Positions 1 through 9,740 of a stretch of DNA of 64,000 nucleotides are shown here, piece after piece. Within the stretch, counting starts at the first letter, position 1, and the number at the start of each line of letters is the position of its first letter. The stretch covers positions 1 through 64,000 of the IMG/VR virus record IMGVR_UViG_3300047510_003167; one strand, given 5' to 3'. The translations under genes were made by a program, and so were the position numbers. The notes under the pieces are model-generated. The model had not been told where the DNA came from and made no database searches. It saw only the letters and a program-made list of their open reading frames with translations. This DNA comes from a virus.

Positions 1-2
1 CA

Positions 3-629
3 AACGTTGGCCCTTATGCCGAAGTCACACAAACTGCAGCAGGAACTGCAATCCGTGGAGCATCGCCCAGTTATTACGAAGCTGCGCCTAAACAAGAACT
101 TCGGCAACTTTCTCCCAACCCCAGCCCACTGGTTCGAAACGTCCCTGAACAGCTTGGCCTTGATTTACCGGGTGCTTTGCGAGTTCGTGGAGGCGTTCAA
201 CCTCAAGCAGAGCCCGGTCAGCTGTCTAAACAAGAAATTAAATACAGCGTTCTTGATCGTCCCGCGCAAGAAGAACTTGCAGGTGGTTCAGCAGGTATTG
301 GTATTTACGGCGAGGAGACAGGTTATGTACCTGGTGCAATGAGCAAAGCAACGGGTGAATATTCTGCTGCTTCTAGCCGCCAACCGTCTTATGTTCCCAA
401 GTGGATCGCTAAGCAAGAACAAACTCCTTTCTCTGGTGTGTCGACAGAAGGTTTGTTACGTGCCCAAGAAAAATCCGGTAAATCTGGTCAAACGGCAATT
501 GAACAAGAACTTGGTCGGCGGCAAAGAGCCTTGGAAAGTATTGCGGTTAGTGAAACGTTGCGGCGAGCTAATATTGAAGGACGTAATCCTCAAGAGTTCT
601 TACGTCGTCAACTTAGAGGTGGCATTTGA
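3..629 (+). CDS. Hypothetical protein, 5'-truncated by the window edge
   Basis: The frame of ORF 177..629 is open back to position 3, and its stop overlaps the next gene. Confidence 0.6.
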   Translation, partial: NVGPYAEVTQTAAGTAIRGASPSYYEAAPKQELRQLSPNPSPLVRNVPEQLGLDLPGALRVRGGVQPQAEPGQLSKQEIKYSVLDRPAQEELAGGSAGIGIYGEETGYVPGAMSKATGEYSAASSRQPSYVPKWIAKQEQTPFSGVSTEGLLRAQEKSGKSGQTAIEQELGRRQRALESIAVSETLRRANIEGRNPQEFLRRQLRGGI

Positions 630-853
630 TCATGGCTGAAGATAAAAAGAAAAAAGATAAAAAATGGATTCAAGGCATGGAGATGAAGGAAGGCGCCTTC
701 ACTGCCAAGGCAAAGCGTAAGGGCATTACCACTGCTCAACTGCAAGAAAACGTTCTTGCTAATCCAGAAAAGTACGACGAAAAAACTGTTAAACAAGCCA
801 ACCTGCGCAAGACGTTGGTAGGATTAAATGACAAGAAAAAAGTTAAGAAATAA
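626..853 (+). CDS. Small basic phage protein
   Basis: Lys-rich 75 aa ORF (KKWIQ...KEGAFTAKAKR), translationally coupled to its neighbours. Confidence 0.7.
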   Translation: MIMAEDKKKKDKKWIQGMEMKEGAFTAKAKRKGITTAQLQENVLANPEKYDEKTVKQANLRKTLVGLNDKKKVKK

Positions 854-1503
854 TGGCAAAAGATGCACGTCTTGATTTAGGTCGTTACGTACAAAACCCT
901 TTCAATCGTCAAGGTCAAGTCACCAAGCGTCTTGACTTTAACGAGCTGTTTCGCGCCAAGCCTACCAATGGTGGATATCCTTGGAACCCATCGCGGTTTA
1001 CAGAGGAGGACCTAACTAAGCGCATGATGACGCGCAAACAAACTTTAAACCCTAGTTTAAATTTCATTAGTAACTCTCCGTTTTTTGATAACAACAATGA
1101 AGTTACTCCTCAGTATGAGATGTTTGAGGGCTTGGGACGCTTTGACCGTCCTGTTGATTATGACTTTGAGGAAGGTCGTCCAAACACTGCTCAACGTCCA
1201 CAACAGCAACCAGATTTTAATCCGCAGTGGGTTGAGGCATACAAACTTAGTCCGACTTTAAATCCAGGCAAAGTTGCTAAAAATCCAATGCCACGTATGA
1301 AGAACCCTGATCCAAACGGTTATCTGATGGCCATGGCTGAAAGACGAGCCAAGAACGAGGCCGAGGGCAATTCTTCTGTTGCACAGCTTCTTAGTCAACA
1401 AGGTTCTGTAAATAACAAAGTTGTTAAAAAAGAAGAAAGCGAAGGAGAGGAAACTGCTACAGATTCAGAAACTAATGTTTCTCCCGGCAAAACCGTAAGT
1501 TAA
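853..1503 (+). CDS. Hypothetical protein
   Basis: 216 aa ORF, TAATG coupling with the upstream gene. Confidence 0.7.
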   Translation: MAKDARLDLGRYVQNPFNRQGQVTKRLDFNELFRAKPTNGGYPWNPSRFTEEDLTKRMMTRKQTLNPSLNFISNSPFFDNNNEVTPQYEMFEGLGRFDRPVDYDFEEGRPNTAQRPQQQPDFNPQWVEAYKLSPTLNPGKVAKNPMPRMKNPDPNGYLMAMAERRAKNEAEGNSSVAQLLSQQGSVNNKVVKKEESEGEETATDSETNVSPGKTVS

Positions 1504-1536
1504 TCTTCGATAAAATAAAAGAACTGAGAGCAAAAT

Positions 1537-2091
1537 ATGTTACCCACCGTTGCAAAACAGTTAGGCAATTTATTAAAAAGCCAAACGTCTCGCCAGTCTG
1601 CTGTAGCAGCTTTGCCCGGTGCAGGAGTTAACGCGGCTCTTGGTGCAGTTATTGGCGGCCCACAAGCCGCTGTTGGATATGCAGCTGGAGATTTTCTTCT
1701 TAATTATCCCCTTGTTGGTTTAGCGCGTAAATATTTCCCTGGCTCAACAGCAACACTTACTTCTGCCGCTGGTAAAACAACAAAACAGTATATGCCTTCA
1801 AAGGTGGAGCAGGGTGTTAATTTTGGCGCTTCTCTTCTTTCTGCTCCTGTTACTGACATTGTTACTGGTGGGGCACTACTTCCAACTCCTCAAGTAATGC
1901 CTACAAATATGTCACAAGAACAGCAAGAATACGCTCAACTTGTTCAACGGCAACAGATTAATAATTTACAAACACAAGCGTTATCCCCTGGAACCATGTA
2001 TCAGATGCAGGGAATTGAACATACAGCTTTTCATTATCCTGGGGTCACCTTACCGCCTGACGTGCTTCGTCAAATGCAGGAGGGAGCATGA
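1537..2091 (+). CDS. Gly/Ala-rich putative virion protein
   Basis: 184 aa with hydrophobic G/A segments and a Gln-rich C-terminus. Confidence 0.55.
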   Translation: MLPTVAKQLGNLLKSQTSRQSAVAALPGAGVNAALGAVIGGPQAAVGYAAGDFLLNYPLVGLARKYFPGSTATLTSAAGKTTKQYMPSKVEQGVNFGASLLSAPVTDIVTGGALLPTPQVMPTNMSQEQQEYAQLVQRQQINNLQTQALSPGTMYQMQGIEHTAFHYPGVTLPPDVLRQMQEGA

Positions 2092-3035
2092 ACGTTATTG
2101 GAAAAGTAGGAAGCATTGTTCAAAACGTTAAAAAAGGTTTTAAAACTGCTGATCAAATTCAAGCTGATTTAATTGCACAACAAAAAGAAAAAGGTGTTGG
2201 CTATGGCCAAAGTGTTTTAGATCCGCGTTTTAAACAGGAAATTGCAAAAGCGGGAATCACTGCTCGTGAAACGCCAGCTCAATTCCTAGGTGCTTATGCG
2301 TCTCGTGCAACAATTGATGTTGCAAACGATGGAACTCGTACGTATTGGTGGCGTTACAATCATCCACTTGCCATTGCGCAAAAAGGATTAGAGCAAGGAA
2401 TAAACCGCGACTTAATTCAATCTCCTACGGCCAGAGCAGCAGTTGCTTTAGGTGTTGCAGTACCAGCTATCGCTGCCGCTGGTACTTACGACATCACAAA
2501 TCCGGAAGAACAATTTCGTCCCAAGGGATACTCTCAAACTTATGCTGAGAAAGGCTCTCAAGATCGCCGTCAAACTTCTCAACCTGTTCAAGAATTATTT
2601 GAACGTTTCTTCCTTGGCCGTACTGGAGATCCGCTTAAGTATGAAACTGCGAAACAAGATATTCCTTCTTTAACGCCTCAACGTTACGCAAATTATCAAA
2701 ATTTTTTGTACAACGAAAAAGGTTTATTAGGCCTGGGAATTATTAAAGCAACTCCTGAAAATCTTGAAGGTAAACCTGAATTAAGAATGTTAGGTTTTCC
2801 TGCAACTATTCCAATGGCAGGAGGTTTTGCCGGAGGAACGGTTGCTGCAACGGTTGCTGGTCGAACAGGGACAACTCCAAGACAGCGTGCAGTGCGTGCA
2901 ATGGTTGGTGGTTTAACAGGTTCTATTGGTGGTGTTGCAGGAGGCAATGTAGTTAACGAAGTAATTGCGTCTGCAAATCGCCCACAACTTCCAACTATTC
3001 AGGAGTATCAAAGTACATCTCCTGATAGAATTTAA
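2088..3035 (+). CDS. Putative virion/internal protein with Gly-rich hydrophobic segments
   Basis: 315 aa, ATGA coupling, glycine-zipper-like C-terminus. Confidence 0.55.
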   Translation: MNVIGKVGSIVQNVKKGFKTADQIQADLIAQQKEKGVGYGQSVLDPRFKQEIAKAGITARETPAQFLGAYASRATIDVANDGTRTYWWRYNHPLAIAQKGLEQGINRDLIQSPTARAAVALGVAVPAIAAAGTYDITNPEEQFRPKGYSQTYAEKGSQDRRQTSQPVQELFERFFLGRTGDPLKYETAKQDIPSLTPQRYANYQNFLYNEKGLLGLGIIKATPENLEGKPELRMLGFPATIPMAGGFAGGTVAATVAGRTGTTPRQRAVRAMVGGLTGSIGGVAGGNVVNEVIASANRPQLPTIQEYQSTSPDRI

Positions 3036-3056
3036 AAATAATACAAGTTAAGTAAT

Positions 3057-3881
3057 ATGGCTGACGGCCAAGCTGGTATTGTTCCATATCAAACGGGTTT
3101 AGGCGGTTCTTTTGAGCGCCTCATGAACCGTGCTCGTTATTACGGTCCTGATGTAGCCCAGAAGGCCTCTAAGCTGCCCCTTGGTCGTTACGCAACTCTT
3201 GGTGCCGCTGGTCTTGGTGCGGCAACTACTGCAGCCAGTGGCAATCTTCTTGGCGCCGCTGGTGAATTTGGTGGTGGCTTGGCTGGTGGTGCTTTAGGTG
3301 GTGTTGCTGCAGGAGCTGCGCTTAAAGCAGCAGGTGGTGTAATTCCCCCCGCAGGCCCTCTTGGCATTGCACTGAAGATTGGCCTTCCTCTTGCGGGCGC
3401 CATGCTTGGTGGTGGGGCTGGCAAAGCTATTGCAGGCGGCGCTGGACAGGCCGCACAAGAAGCAGGCGCTTCTCCTTCTGGTCCCGATATTGCAATCGCT
3501 GGTGTTCCTTTGACTGCCGCTGCACGTGAGCGTCAAATGCGTGAGCGCGATCGTGAGCAAGCCATGAAAGATTTAAGTGTTCTCGGTGGTGCTCAACAAG
3601 CTCTTGATAAAGACATGCTTGATTTCTCTTTGAAAAAGAGTGTTGAGCAACAAAAAGCCATGCTCCCCATTATGGAGCAAATCAATCGCGCTAATTTGGT
3701 CAACGCACAAGCAATGCTTGCTAGTCAAACTTCTGCTTATCAGCAACTTGGTCGCCAAGCAGGAATGTTTAAGTTAGCTGGTGGCGCTCAGGCAGAAGCT
3801 GGTGCAACTCTTCGTACTGCAATTAGTGCTAATCCGTATTTGGGCGCAACCCTTTCGGCTCCCAATATTAATTTTGGTTGA
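3057..3881 (+). CDS. Putative DNA ejection/pilot-like protein
   Basis: Long Gly/Ala glycine-zipper N-half followed by a Gln/Ala helical C-half. Confidence 0.45.
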   Translation: MADGQAGIVPYQTGLGGSFERLMNRARYYGPDVAQKASKLPLGRYATLGAAGLGAATTAASGNLLGAAGEFGGGLAGGALGGVAAGAALKAAGGVIPPAGPLGIALKIGLPLAGAMLGGGAGKAIAGGAGQAAQEAGASPSGPDIAIAGVPLTAAARERQMRERDREQAMKDLSVLGGAQQALDKDMLDFSLKKSVEQQKAMLPIMEQINRANLVNAQAMLASQTSAYQQLGRQAGMFKLAGGAQAEAGATLRTAISANPYLGATLSAPNINFG

Positions 3882-4357
3882 TCATGGCGGCAAATTATTT
3901 TTCTAAAGCTCCTAAGTTTAATCCTGCAGCCTTTACGCAGGGTGCCAATCTTGGCATGTGGGGTAAAAGTAATTTAGATCCAGCTTCTCCGGTAAAGCCG
4001 TTTGTTGTTCCTGAAGGTGTTAATCCAAACGACGCCTATGTTTTAGAAAAACTATTTCCCTCTACAAATCCAGAACAGGCTTGGGAAATGGATAAAAAAC
4101 GCCTGGAATACATGGATCAATTGCAAAGAAGTCAGGCGCAATATCGTCAAAAGTTAGGTGAAGAAAGTACCGGTAAAGCCGTGTTATATCAATCACTTGC
4201 AAACCTTGGCCCCATGATTGCGCAAGCAATGAATCCAGGGTATTTAATTGAAGGCGCCTCACGAATTACTGGTGCAGCAAACGAAGCTTTTAGGTCTGTG
4301 CCTTCAATGAACGTTCAGTCTCCTGGTTATAACGTAGCACAGTTTAAATACTTCTAA
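3878..4357 (+). CDS. Hypothetical protein
   Basis: 159 aa ORF in a co-oriented cluster. Confidence 0.6.
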   Translation: MIMAANYFSKAPKFNPAAFTQGANLGMWGKSNLDPASPVKPFVVPEGVNPNDAYVLEKLFPSTNPEQAWEMDKKRLEYMDQLQRSQAQYRQKLGEESTGKAVLYQSLANLGPMIAQAMNPGYLIEGASRITGAANEAFRSVPSMNVQSPGYNVAQFKYF

Positions 4358-4370
4358 AAGAGATATTTAA

Positions 4371-4952
4371 ATGTATAGCTCATATTTTGGATCTAATTCA
4401 ACGCCACTTTCTTTTGGTACTACAGACGCTTTTTCGAGTAAACTTAATTTATCACCTAGTTCATCTGGTTCGTCAGGAGGGGGAGGCGGAATGTTACCAG
4501 CGATTGCAGGAGGTTTAATCAGTGCCGGGGGAGGTTTACTCAGCGGCATGTTTGGTAATAGGACGCAAGCCAATATTGCCAATGCGCAAATGAAAGCGCA
4601 GGCTGATTCCCTGAAACAAGGAATTCTTTTCCAAAGGGATGCAGCCAAAGCCAATATGGGCCTTGGAATGTTCGGCCAAATTTTTGGCTCTACAACTGCT
4701 CCGGATCTTGAGTTTGGTCGCCAAGCCGCTGCAGAGCGTATGCGTCTTGGTGAATTTGCGCCTAAAGAGTTGGGTCTTGGTAGAGAGCAGGCCCGTTGGC
4801 AAGCAGCATTTGAAAATTCTGCAGATGTAAAAGAGAATTCACGAAGAGAAAGACTTGGTAGAATGCAAGAACGTATTGCGGAACTACGTGCAACTCCAAC
4901 TGGTATGTTTGGACGTATTGCACAAGCTCCCATTGAATCGTTGATGGTGTAA
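4371..4952 (+). CDS. Putative DNA ejection/pilot-like protein
   Basis: AIAGGLISAGGGLLSGMFG segment then a helical Q/A/R-rich region, an architecture typical of ejection proteins. Confidence 0.45.
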   Translation: MYSSYFGSNSTPLSFGTTDAFSSKLNLSPSSSGSSGGGGGMLPAIAGGLISAGGGLLSGMFGNRTQANIANAQMKAQADSLKQGILFQRDAAKANMGLGMFGQIFGSTTAPDLEFGRQAAAERMRLGEFAPKELGLGREQARWQAAFENSADVKENSRRERLGRMQERIAELRATPTGMFGRIAQAPIESLMV

Positions 4953-4954
4953 TC

Positions 4955-5842
4955 ATGGGCTCTAAAAAAGTAAAATATAAAGCTCCGGTAATTCCTAAAG
5001 ACGATAGTTTTGCGAATTTTCTTAAATATTCGCAAGAAATGCAATCAAAAGCAGATGCAACTGCTGCGCAAGAAAAAGCGGAAGTCAAGGCAGCTGAACA
5101 AGCACGTACTTCTGCAGGCGCTGCTAGCTATTCGAGTTTGGCAAGTGGCCTTGAATCGCAGCTTCGTCAAAATTTAATTAATTACACAGACGCTACTTCG
5201 CAACTTCGTGATTACGCAGCTAAGTATAACCTGGCACCACCAGAGCAAGATGTAGCTCGTTTTACCGATATTTATACAAAAGAGCTTCTTCCTGGCCGCA
5301 GGCAAACTGGAATTACTTCTGCGTATGAAGAAATTTTAGGCCGTCAAGCAACTACAGAAGAACAACAAAAAGCAACTGAACGTTTTAATCAAGGCTACTA
5401 TTCTTCTGTTGAAGATCTTCGTAATTCTCTTTATAAAGGTCAAGAATATCAAGATAAATTTAATCAAAGCTATCTTGATAACTATTACGACACAATGTAT
5501 GGCAAGCAGACTACTGATGCTGCTGGTAAAAAAACAGGTCAACGAACTTTTAAATTCTCTTCTAATCTTTTGCCAACAATGGCAGAAGGAACTGAAAAAC
5601 GTGCTGGTGTTGTTACACCAAATTTTGGTGAGTCTTTTACAGGTACTGCCGCTGAGATTGAAGAGCAGCAGCAAAATATTCGTGATACCCGCCAGTATCT
5701 TTATAGTGCTGGTTTAACAAATCTTCAAGGTGAAATTGATAAAGAAACTCAGAAATTAAAAAATGAAGGTACCAAAGAAGTAGCACGGATTGGAGCCGCC
5801 GGTTCTCTGTATTCCAATCTTGTGGGCAGTTTTAGTTTTTAA
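4955..5842 (+). CDS. Hypothetical helical protein, probably virion-associated
   Basis: 295 aa ORF with coiled-coil-like composition. Confidence 0.6.
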   Translation: MGSKKVKYKAPVIPKDDSFANFLKYSQEMQSKADATAAQEKAEVKAAEQARTSAGAASYSSLASGLESQLRQNLINYTDATSQLRDYAAKYNLAPPEQDVARFTDIYTKELLPGRRQTGITSAYEEILGRQATTEEQQKATERFNQGYYSSVEDLRNSLYKGQEYQDKFNQSYLDNYYDTMYGKQTTDAAGKKTGQRTFKFSSNLLPTMAEGTEKRAGVVTPNFGESFTGTAAEIEEQQQNIRDTRQYLYSAGLTNLQGEIDKETQKLKNEGTKEVARIGAAGSLYSNLVGSFSF

Positions 5843-5882
5843 ACTAAGATTGCTATAATTACTTTAGTTATTAATTAACGAC

Positions 5883-6047
5883 ATGACTGGTACCGCTCCC
5901 GCCGACGACTATTTTGATATCAATAAGTTCCAGGCACTTCTTGAGCGTCTGGAAGGCTCCAAGGGTCGTCAACAGCGTCAGAAGTCTTTGGAAGGCCGCC
6001 GCGACATCTATGCTCAGGGTCTTGCTTCGATGATGAGCAATTTCTAA
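5883..6047 (+). CDS. Small protein (54 aa, MTGTAPADDYFDINKF...), absent from the ORF track
   Basis: Read manually. TATAAT box upstream, highly-expressed-type codons, shares a DD(Y/W)FD-x-x-K motif with the next gene. Confidence 0.7.
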   Translation: MTGTAPADDYFDINKFQALLERLEGSKGRQQRQKSLEGRRDIYAQGLASMMSNF

Positions 6048-6072
6048 TTTTTTCTTGTAATATTTATAAGCC

Positions 6073-6321
6073 ATGACCAGCAGTGTTCCTACAGGCCAAA
6101 CCGATGTTGATGATTGGTTTGATCTAGACAAATATCGCCAAGCTGCTGGCGTGGCTTACGAATTTTCCAAGAAAAAAATGGAGACTGCGGGTGAACAAGA
6201 ACGTGAAACCATCGGAAAAGGAGCTGAAGAGCAACGAACTTCCGGTGCCCAAGCCCAGCGTTTCGCCCAAGAAGACGAAGCTCGTGACTACGGTCAGGCC
6301 CAACGAGCTTATCGATATTGA
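6073..6321 (+). CDS. Small hypothetical protein
   Basis: 82 aa, DDWFDLDKY motif similar to the upstream gene. Confidence 0.65.
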   Translation: MTSSVPTGQTDVDDWFDLDKYRQAAGVAYEFSKKKMETAGEQERETIGKGAEEQRTSGAQAQRFAQEDEARDYGQAQRAYRY

Positions 6322-6808
6322 AGTATTTGACACCTGGGTCGATAATTTAGACAGCTCTACCCAAGAGTCTTTCTGCAGCTTTGCTGCAGATAATTATTCT
6401 GTAATTGAAACTTTTTTATACGCCAGGTTTCTTGGTTACGAAGGAAGTATTGTTGCGTGTGATCTTTGGGTAAAACAAAACTATAAAAAGCCCGATCACC
6501 GGAAAACACTTCTTTACGAAATTGACGAGATGCAAGAAGACATCCGTAAATTACGTGAAGATGTTGAAAATGGAATCGTTAAACGCGATGCAGGAGTAGC
6601 ACGTATTGCGTCCATGCAAAAAGAATTACGTGGCACTATTGCACAAATTGAAACTTTTACTTCTGCCAGGGACCGCAAAGGTTTGTTAATGGCTGGCGCA
6701 GATAGGGCCATTCGTGAGTTAATGTTCATCTTCAAAGACGATCCTATTGAGATCCCCTTGGAAGAAGCAACCATGAGCGTATGGGCCAGAATGCAGTTGG
6801 AAGAATAG
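6191..6808 (+). CDS. Helical protein, possible terminase small subunit (true start uncertain)
   Basis: Coiled-coil protein shortly upstream of terL; the function call is positional only. Confidence 0.4.
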   Translation: MNKNVKPSEKELKSNELPVPKPSVSPKKTKLVTTVRPNELIDIEVFDTWVDNLDSSTQESFCSFAADNYSVIETFLYARFLGYEGSIVACDLWVKQNYKKPDHRKTLLYEIDEMQEDIRKLREDVENGIVKRDAGVARIASMQKELRGTIAQIETFTSARDRKGLLMAGADRAIRELMFIFKDDPIEIPLEEATMSVWARMQLEE

Positions 6809-6842
6809 TCGTTTTAAAATTAGTACAACAAACATTTGAATT

Positions 6843-7112
6843 ATGGGCGCCGGAAAATCCAACATGCGTTTTGCGGGTGATTCTGTAAAACGTCAAAATG
6901 CAGGCCGTCGTCCTCTTCCGGAGAACGCTTCTCCTATGGCCCAAGAGCGTGCTCCGGGCTTGGAAGCAACGCCTCCTGGTGCTGATATCAGCCAGGGTCG
7001 CCTGCCCCGCATGGAGCAGTTCATGCAGAGTAAAGGATCCCCTGAGTATGAACAAGTTATGGAACGCATTCGTGGCATGAATGCACTGAAAAACACAGGA
7101 TCAAAATTCTGA
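6843..7112 (+). CDS. Hypothetical protein
   Basis: 89 aa, -10-like TAAAAT upstream. Confidence 0.55.
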   Translation: MGAGKSNMRFAGDSVKRQNAGRRPLPENASPMAQERAPGLEATPPGADISQGRLPRMEQFMQSKGSPEYEQVMERIRGMNALKNTGSKF

Positions 7113-7276
7113 TGTCTAAAAACAAAATGCCAGCTGAACTTCTTGCTCACTTCAAGAAGAAAGAAGCCAAGAACGAAGATGGCTCTGAAATGAGCGACAA
7201 TGAAAAAAGGAAAGCTGCATTAGATAAAGCACGTAAATATCAAGATCAAAAAAAGAAAAAGCCTGAAGAAAAATAA
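7112..7276 (+). CDS. Small charged protein (54 aa, MSKNKMPAELLAHFKKK...)
   Basis: Read manually; TGATG coupling. Confidence 0.6.
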   Translation: MSKNKMPAELLAHFKKKEAKNEDGSEMSDNEKRKAALDKARKYQDQKKKKPEEK

Positions 7277-7308
7277 GTTAGTATTCAGTAACGTTCTGAA
7301 TAACTACC

Positions 7309-8835
7309 GTGCCTTCTTATCAGCACCTTGCGTATCGACGCAATGCCCGTGCAGCGGCGCGTAATCAGATTCTTAAACAACCTAAAAATCTTGCGGATCT
7401 TCAACGCGCTAGAGAAGATTTTGGTTTCTTTTGTGAGTTTGTAGCAGATAAGCCCCCAGCTAAACATCACCAGGAATGGAACCGACATTTTGTTACGGGC
7501 GAAGATAGTACTTGTTTAATTAAAATTGCTGGTCCCAACATTGACCTATTAGCTCCCCGTGGCTCAGCTAAAAGCACAGTACTTGGTTTGTTAACTGCAT
7601 GGGCAATTGGTGTGCATACAGAAGCTAAGTTGCCTTTACAAATTTTGTACTTGTCGTACACCGTTGATATTGCAAGATCTAAGTCGGCAACCATTAAACG
7701 AATCATTGAAAGCAAACGCTATCAAGAAGTATTTCCAACGGTACGCCTTTTAAAAAACGTAACCAGTAATGAGTATTGGTCTATTGATCATAAATTTGCT
7801 GGAATTGATGTTACTGGTGATGAACAATTCACTCTCTGCGCGGCAGGCTTGAAAGGTTCCGTGACTTCAAAACGTTCTCACCTCGTCATGATTGATGACG
7901 CTATTAAATCAGCTGCTGATATTGCAAACCCTGACATCAGGAAAATGATGCAGGACAACTGGAACGCAGTGATCGCACCCACCATGTTTGAAGGAGCCAG
8001 GGCTATTTGCCTGGGTACTCGTTTCAGGCATGATGACATTCACGCAACAACTTTCAACGAACAAAACAATTGGATGCAAATTATTCTTTCTGCAATCATT
8101 AATGATCCTGTTACAGGTGAAGAAGAGTCTTATTGGCCAGATATGTGGTCACTCGAATATTTAAAAGAAAAGAAACGACAAGCACCCATTGCTTTTTCTT
8201 TTCAGTACATGAATCAAATCATCAGGCAAAACGAACTTTCGCTTGCGCCTGAACTTATTGTTAAAGCCGAAATTGCTACTGAATTTGATACGTTAGGGAT
8301 TGGAGTTGATTTGTCGGCAGGCGTCAAAGAAAAGAATGACTACACCGTAATGGTTCTTGGCGGACGAATTGAAGATCGCATTCATATTATTGATTACAGA
8401 CGTATCCGCGTCATGGGTAATCTTGAAAAATTAGATGCCATGAAAGAACTGCTTAACGACTGGTCTATTCTTGGAAAAGATGACAACGGTAATTATTTCC
8501 CAACTTATTCAACGTGTGATATTTGGTCTGAAGCTGTACAGTATCAGGCTTCCCTGGAAGCAGACTTTAAACGAGTTTGTTTAAATGATGAAGGTTTATA
8601 CAATTTGCTCTGGCATCCAGTCAAAGGATTCAGAGCAGATAAGTTAGCTCGTTTCAGGGGAATTATTGGTATGTTTGAAGATCGCAAAATTATTTTTAAT
8701 CGATATCGTAATTTTACAAATATGTTTGAAGAGTTGACTAACTTTGGTGTCAGCAGTCATGACGACACGGTTGACGCGTTAGTATGGTTGGTAACAGGCC
8801 TTATGCGAAAAGGACAACTCCATCTTGATTATTAA
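7309..8835 (+). CDS. terL: Terminase large subunit
   Basis: Walker A APRGSAKS, Walker B LVMIDD, coupling motif GTR, RNase H-like nuclease motifs GVDLS...DYT...HDDTVDA. Confidence 0.92.
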   Translation: MPSYQHLAYRRNARAAARNQILKQPKNLADLQRAREDFGFFCEFVADKPPAKHHQEWNRHFVTGEDSTCLIKIAGPNIDLLAPRGSAKSTVLGLLTAWAIGVHTEAKLPLQILYLSYTVDIARSKSATIKRIIESKRYQEVFPTVRLLKNVTSNEYWSIDHKFAGIDVTGDEQFTLCAAGLKGSVTSKRSHLVMIDDAIKSAADIANPDIRKMMQDNWNAVIAPTMFEGARAICLGTRFRHDDIHATTFNEQNNWMQIILSAIINDPVTGEEESYWPDMWSLEYLKEKKRQAPIAFSFQYMNQIIRQNELSLAPELIVKAEIATEFDTLGIGVDLSAGVKEKNDYTVMVLGGRIEDRIHIIDYRRIRVMGNLEKLDAMKELLNDWSILGKDDNGNYFPTYSTCDIWSEAVQYQASLEADFKRVCLNDEGLYNLLWHPVKGFRADKLARFRGIIGMFEDRKIIFNRYRNFTNMFEELTNFGVSSHDDTVDALVWLVTGLMRKGQLHLDY

Positions 8836-8865
8836 AGTCTAAAATAAGAAAAAAGCATTTTACAA

Positions 8866-9159
8866 GTGGGCTCTGAATTTTTAGCCCTGATACTAACCGC
8901 AAGCATCTCCGCAATTAGCGGAGGCAGCTGGGTTGCTAGCAGGATCTTAAACCGATCACACGAACGTGTACAACAAGTACACACACTGTTAAACGCACAA
9001 GAAAATAGGTTGGACACTTTGGAAAATCAATTAAACCGTTTACCTCTCGAGTACGTATTGAAGGTTGATTTTTTGAGGGAAATTAAAGAAATGCATGACA
9101 ATTTTAAGCAGATCAATAATAAGCTTGATAAGCTAATGGAAAAGATTTTGAGCAAATGA
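8866..9159 (+). CDS. Membrane-anchored coiled-coil protein
   Basis: N-terminal hydrophobic helix followed by heptad repeats. Confidence 0.6.
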   Translation: MGSEFLALILTASISAISGGSWVASRILNRSHERVQQVHTLLNAQENRLDTLENQLNRLPLEYVLKVDFLREIKEMHDNFKQINNKLDKLMEKILSK

Positions 9160-9341
9160 GTGATTACGTTTTAGAAGTTCAGGAAGACAATGACGGAGAA
9201 GCGTTCATTGTTTTACCAGACGAACTAATAGAGCACCTTGGCTGGCAAGAAGGAGACATTCTTGATTGGGACGTAAGAGGAGAGAAGATTTTTCTCAGCA
9301 AGGTTAACGACCCTTCCGGTTATCAAGTAATAGAAGAGTAA
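9156..9341 (+). CDS. AbrB/MazE-like small DNA-binding protein
   Basis: IVLPDELIEHLGWQEGDILDW matches the AbrB swapped-hairpin pattern. Confidence 0.65.
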   Translation: MSDYVLEVQEDNDGEAFIVLPDELIEHLGWQEGDILDWDVRGEKIFLSKVNDPSGYQVIEE

Positions 9342-9367
9342 AATAAAAATAAGCAATATTCAGTTGT

Positions 9368-9697
9368 ATGTTTTATACAGGGCAACGGGTAACAGGCGGT
9401 CTTCCTACAGGCCTTGGAAACGAAGGTGGACTGACCGCTGGTAGTCCCGGCTATTTTCCTTCGGATCGGGAAATACAGGATCGGTTGTATCGCTACGGGA
9501 TGGACAATACTCCCGCTGGTCGAAGCATGAAAGAACGTATAGAACAATTACAAAAAACTTTTCCAGCTAATTTACGCTCCGCTGCAATCCCTGGTGGAAT
9601 GCCTGCCATGGGTAACGCAGGTTTCTTTTATGGTCCCCAGGCGGGTCAAGTTTCCCCTGAGGTACCAGTAGGTTTTCAGAACAAATACGTTTCTTAA
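9368..9697 (+). CDS. Hypothetical protein
   Basis: 109 aa ORF between terL and portal. Confidence 0.55.
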   Translation: MFYTGQRVTGGLPTGLGNEGGLTAGSPGYFPSDREIQDRLYRYGMDNTPAGRSMKERIEQLQKTFPANLRSAAIPGGMPAMGNAGFFYGPQAGQVSPEVPVGFQNKYVS

Positions 9698-9740
9698 ATC
9701 CTCTGCTAAACTGACAACAACAAGAGCAGGCAAATAGTTA

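Noticed and set aside
5871-6131. 86 aa minus-strand ORF in the track
   Set aside because: A better + strand gene (5883..6047) with a promoter-like box and biased codons occupies this space
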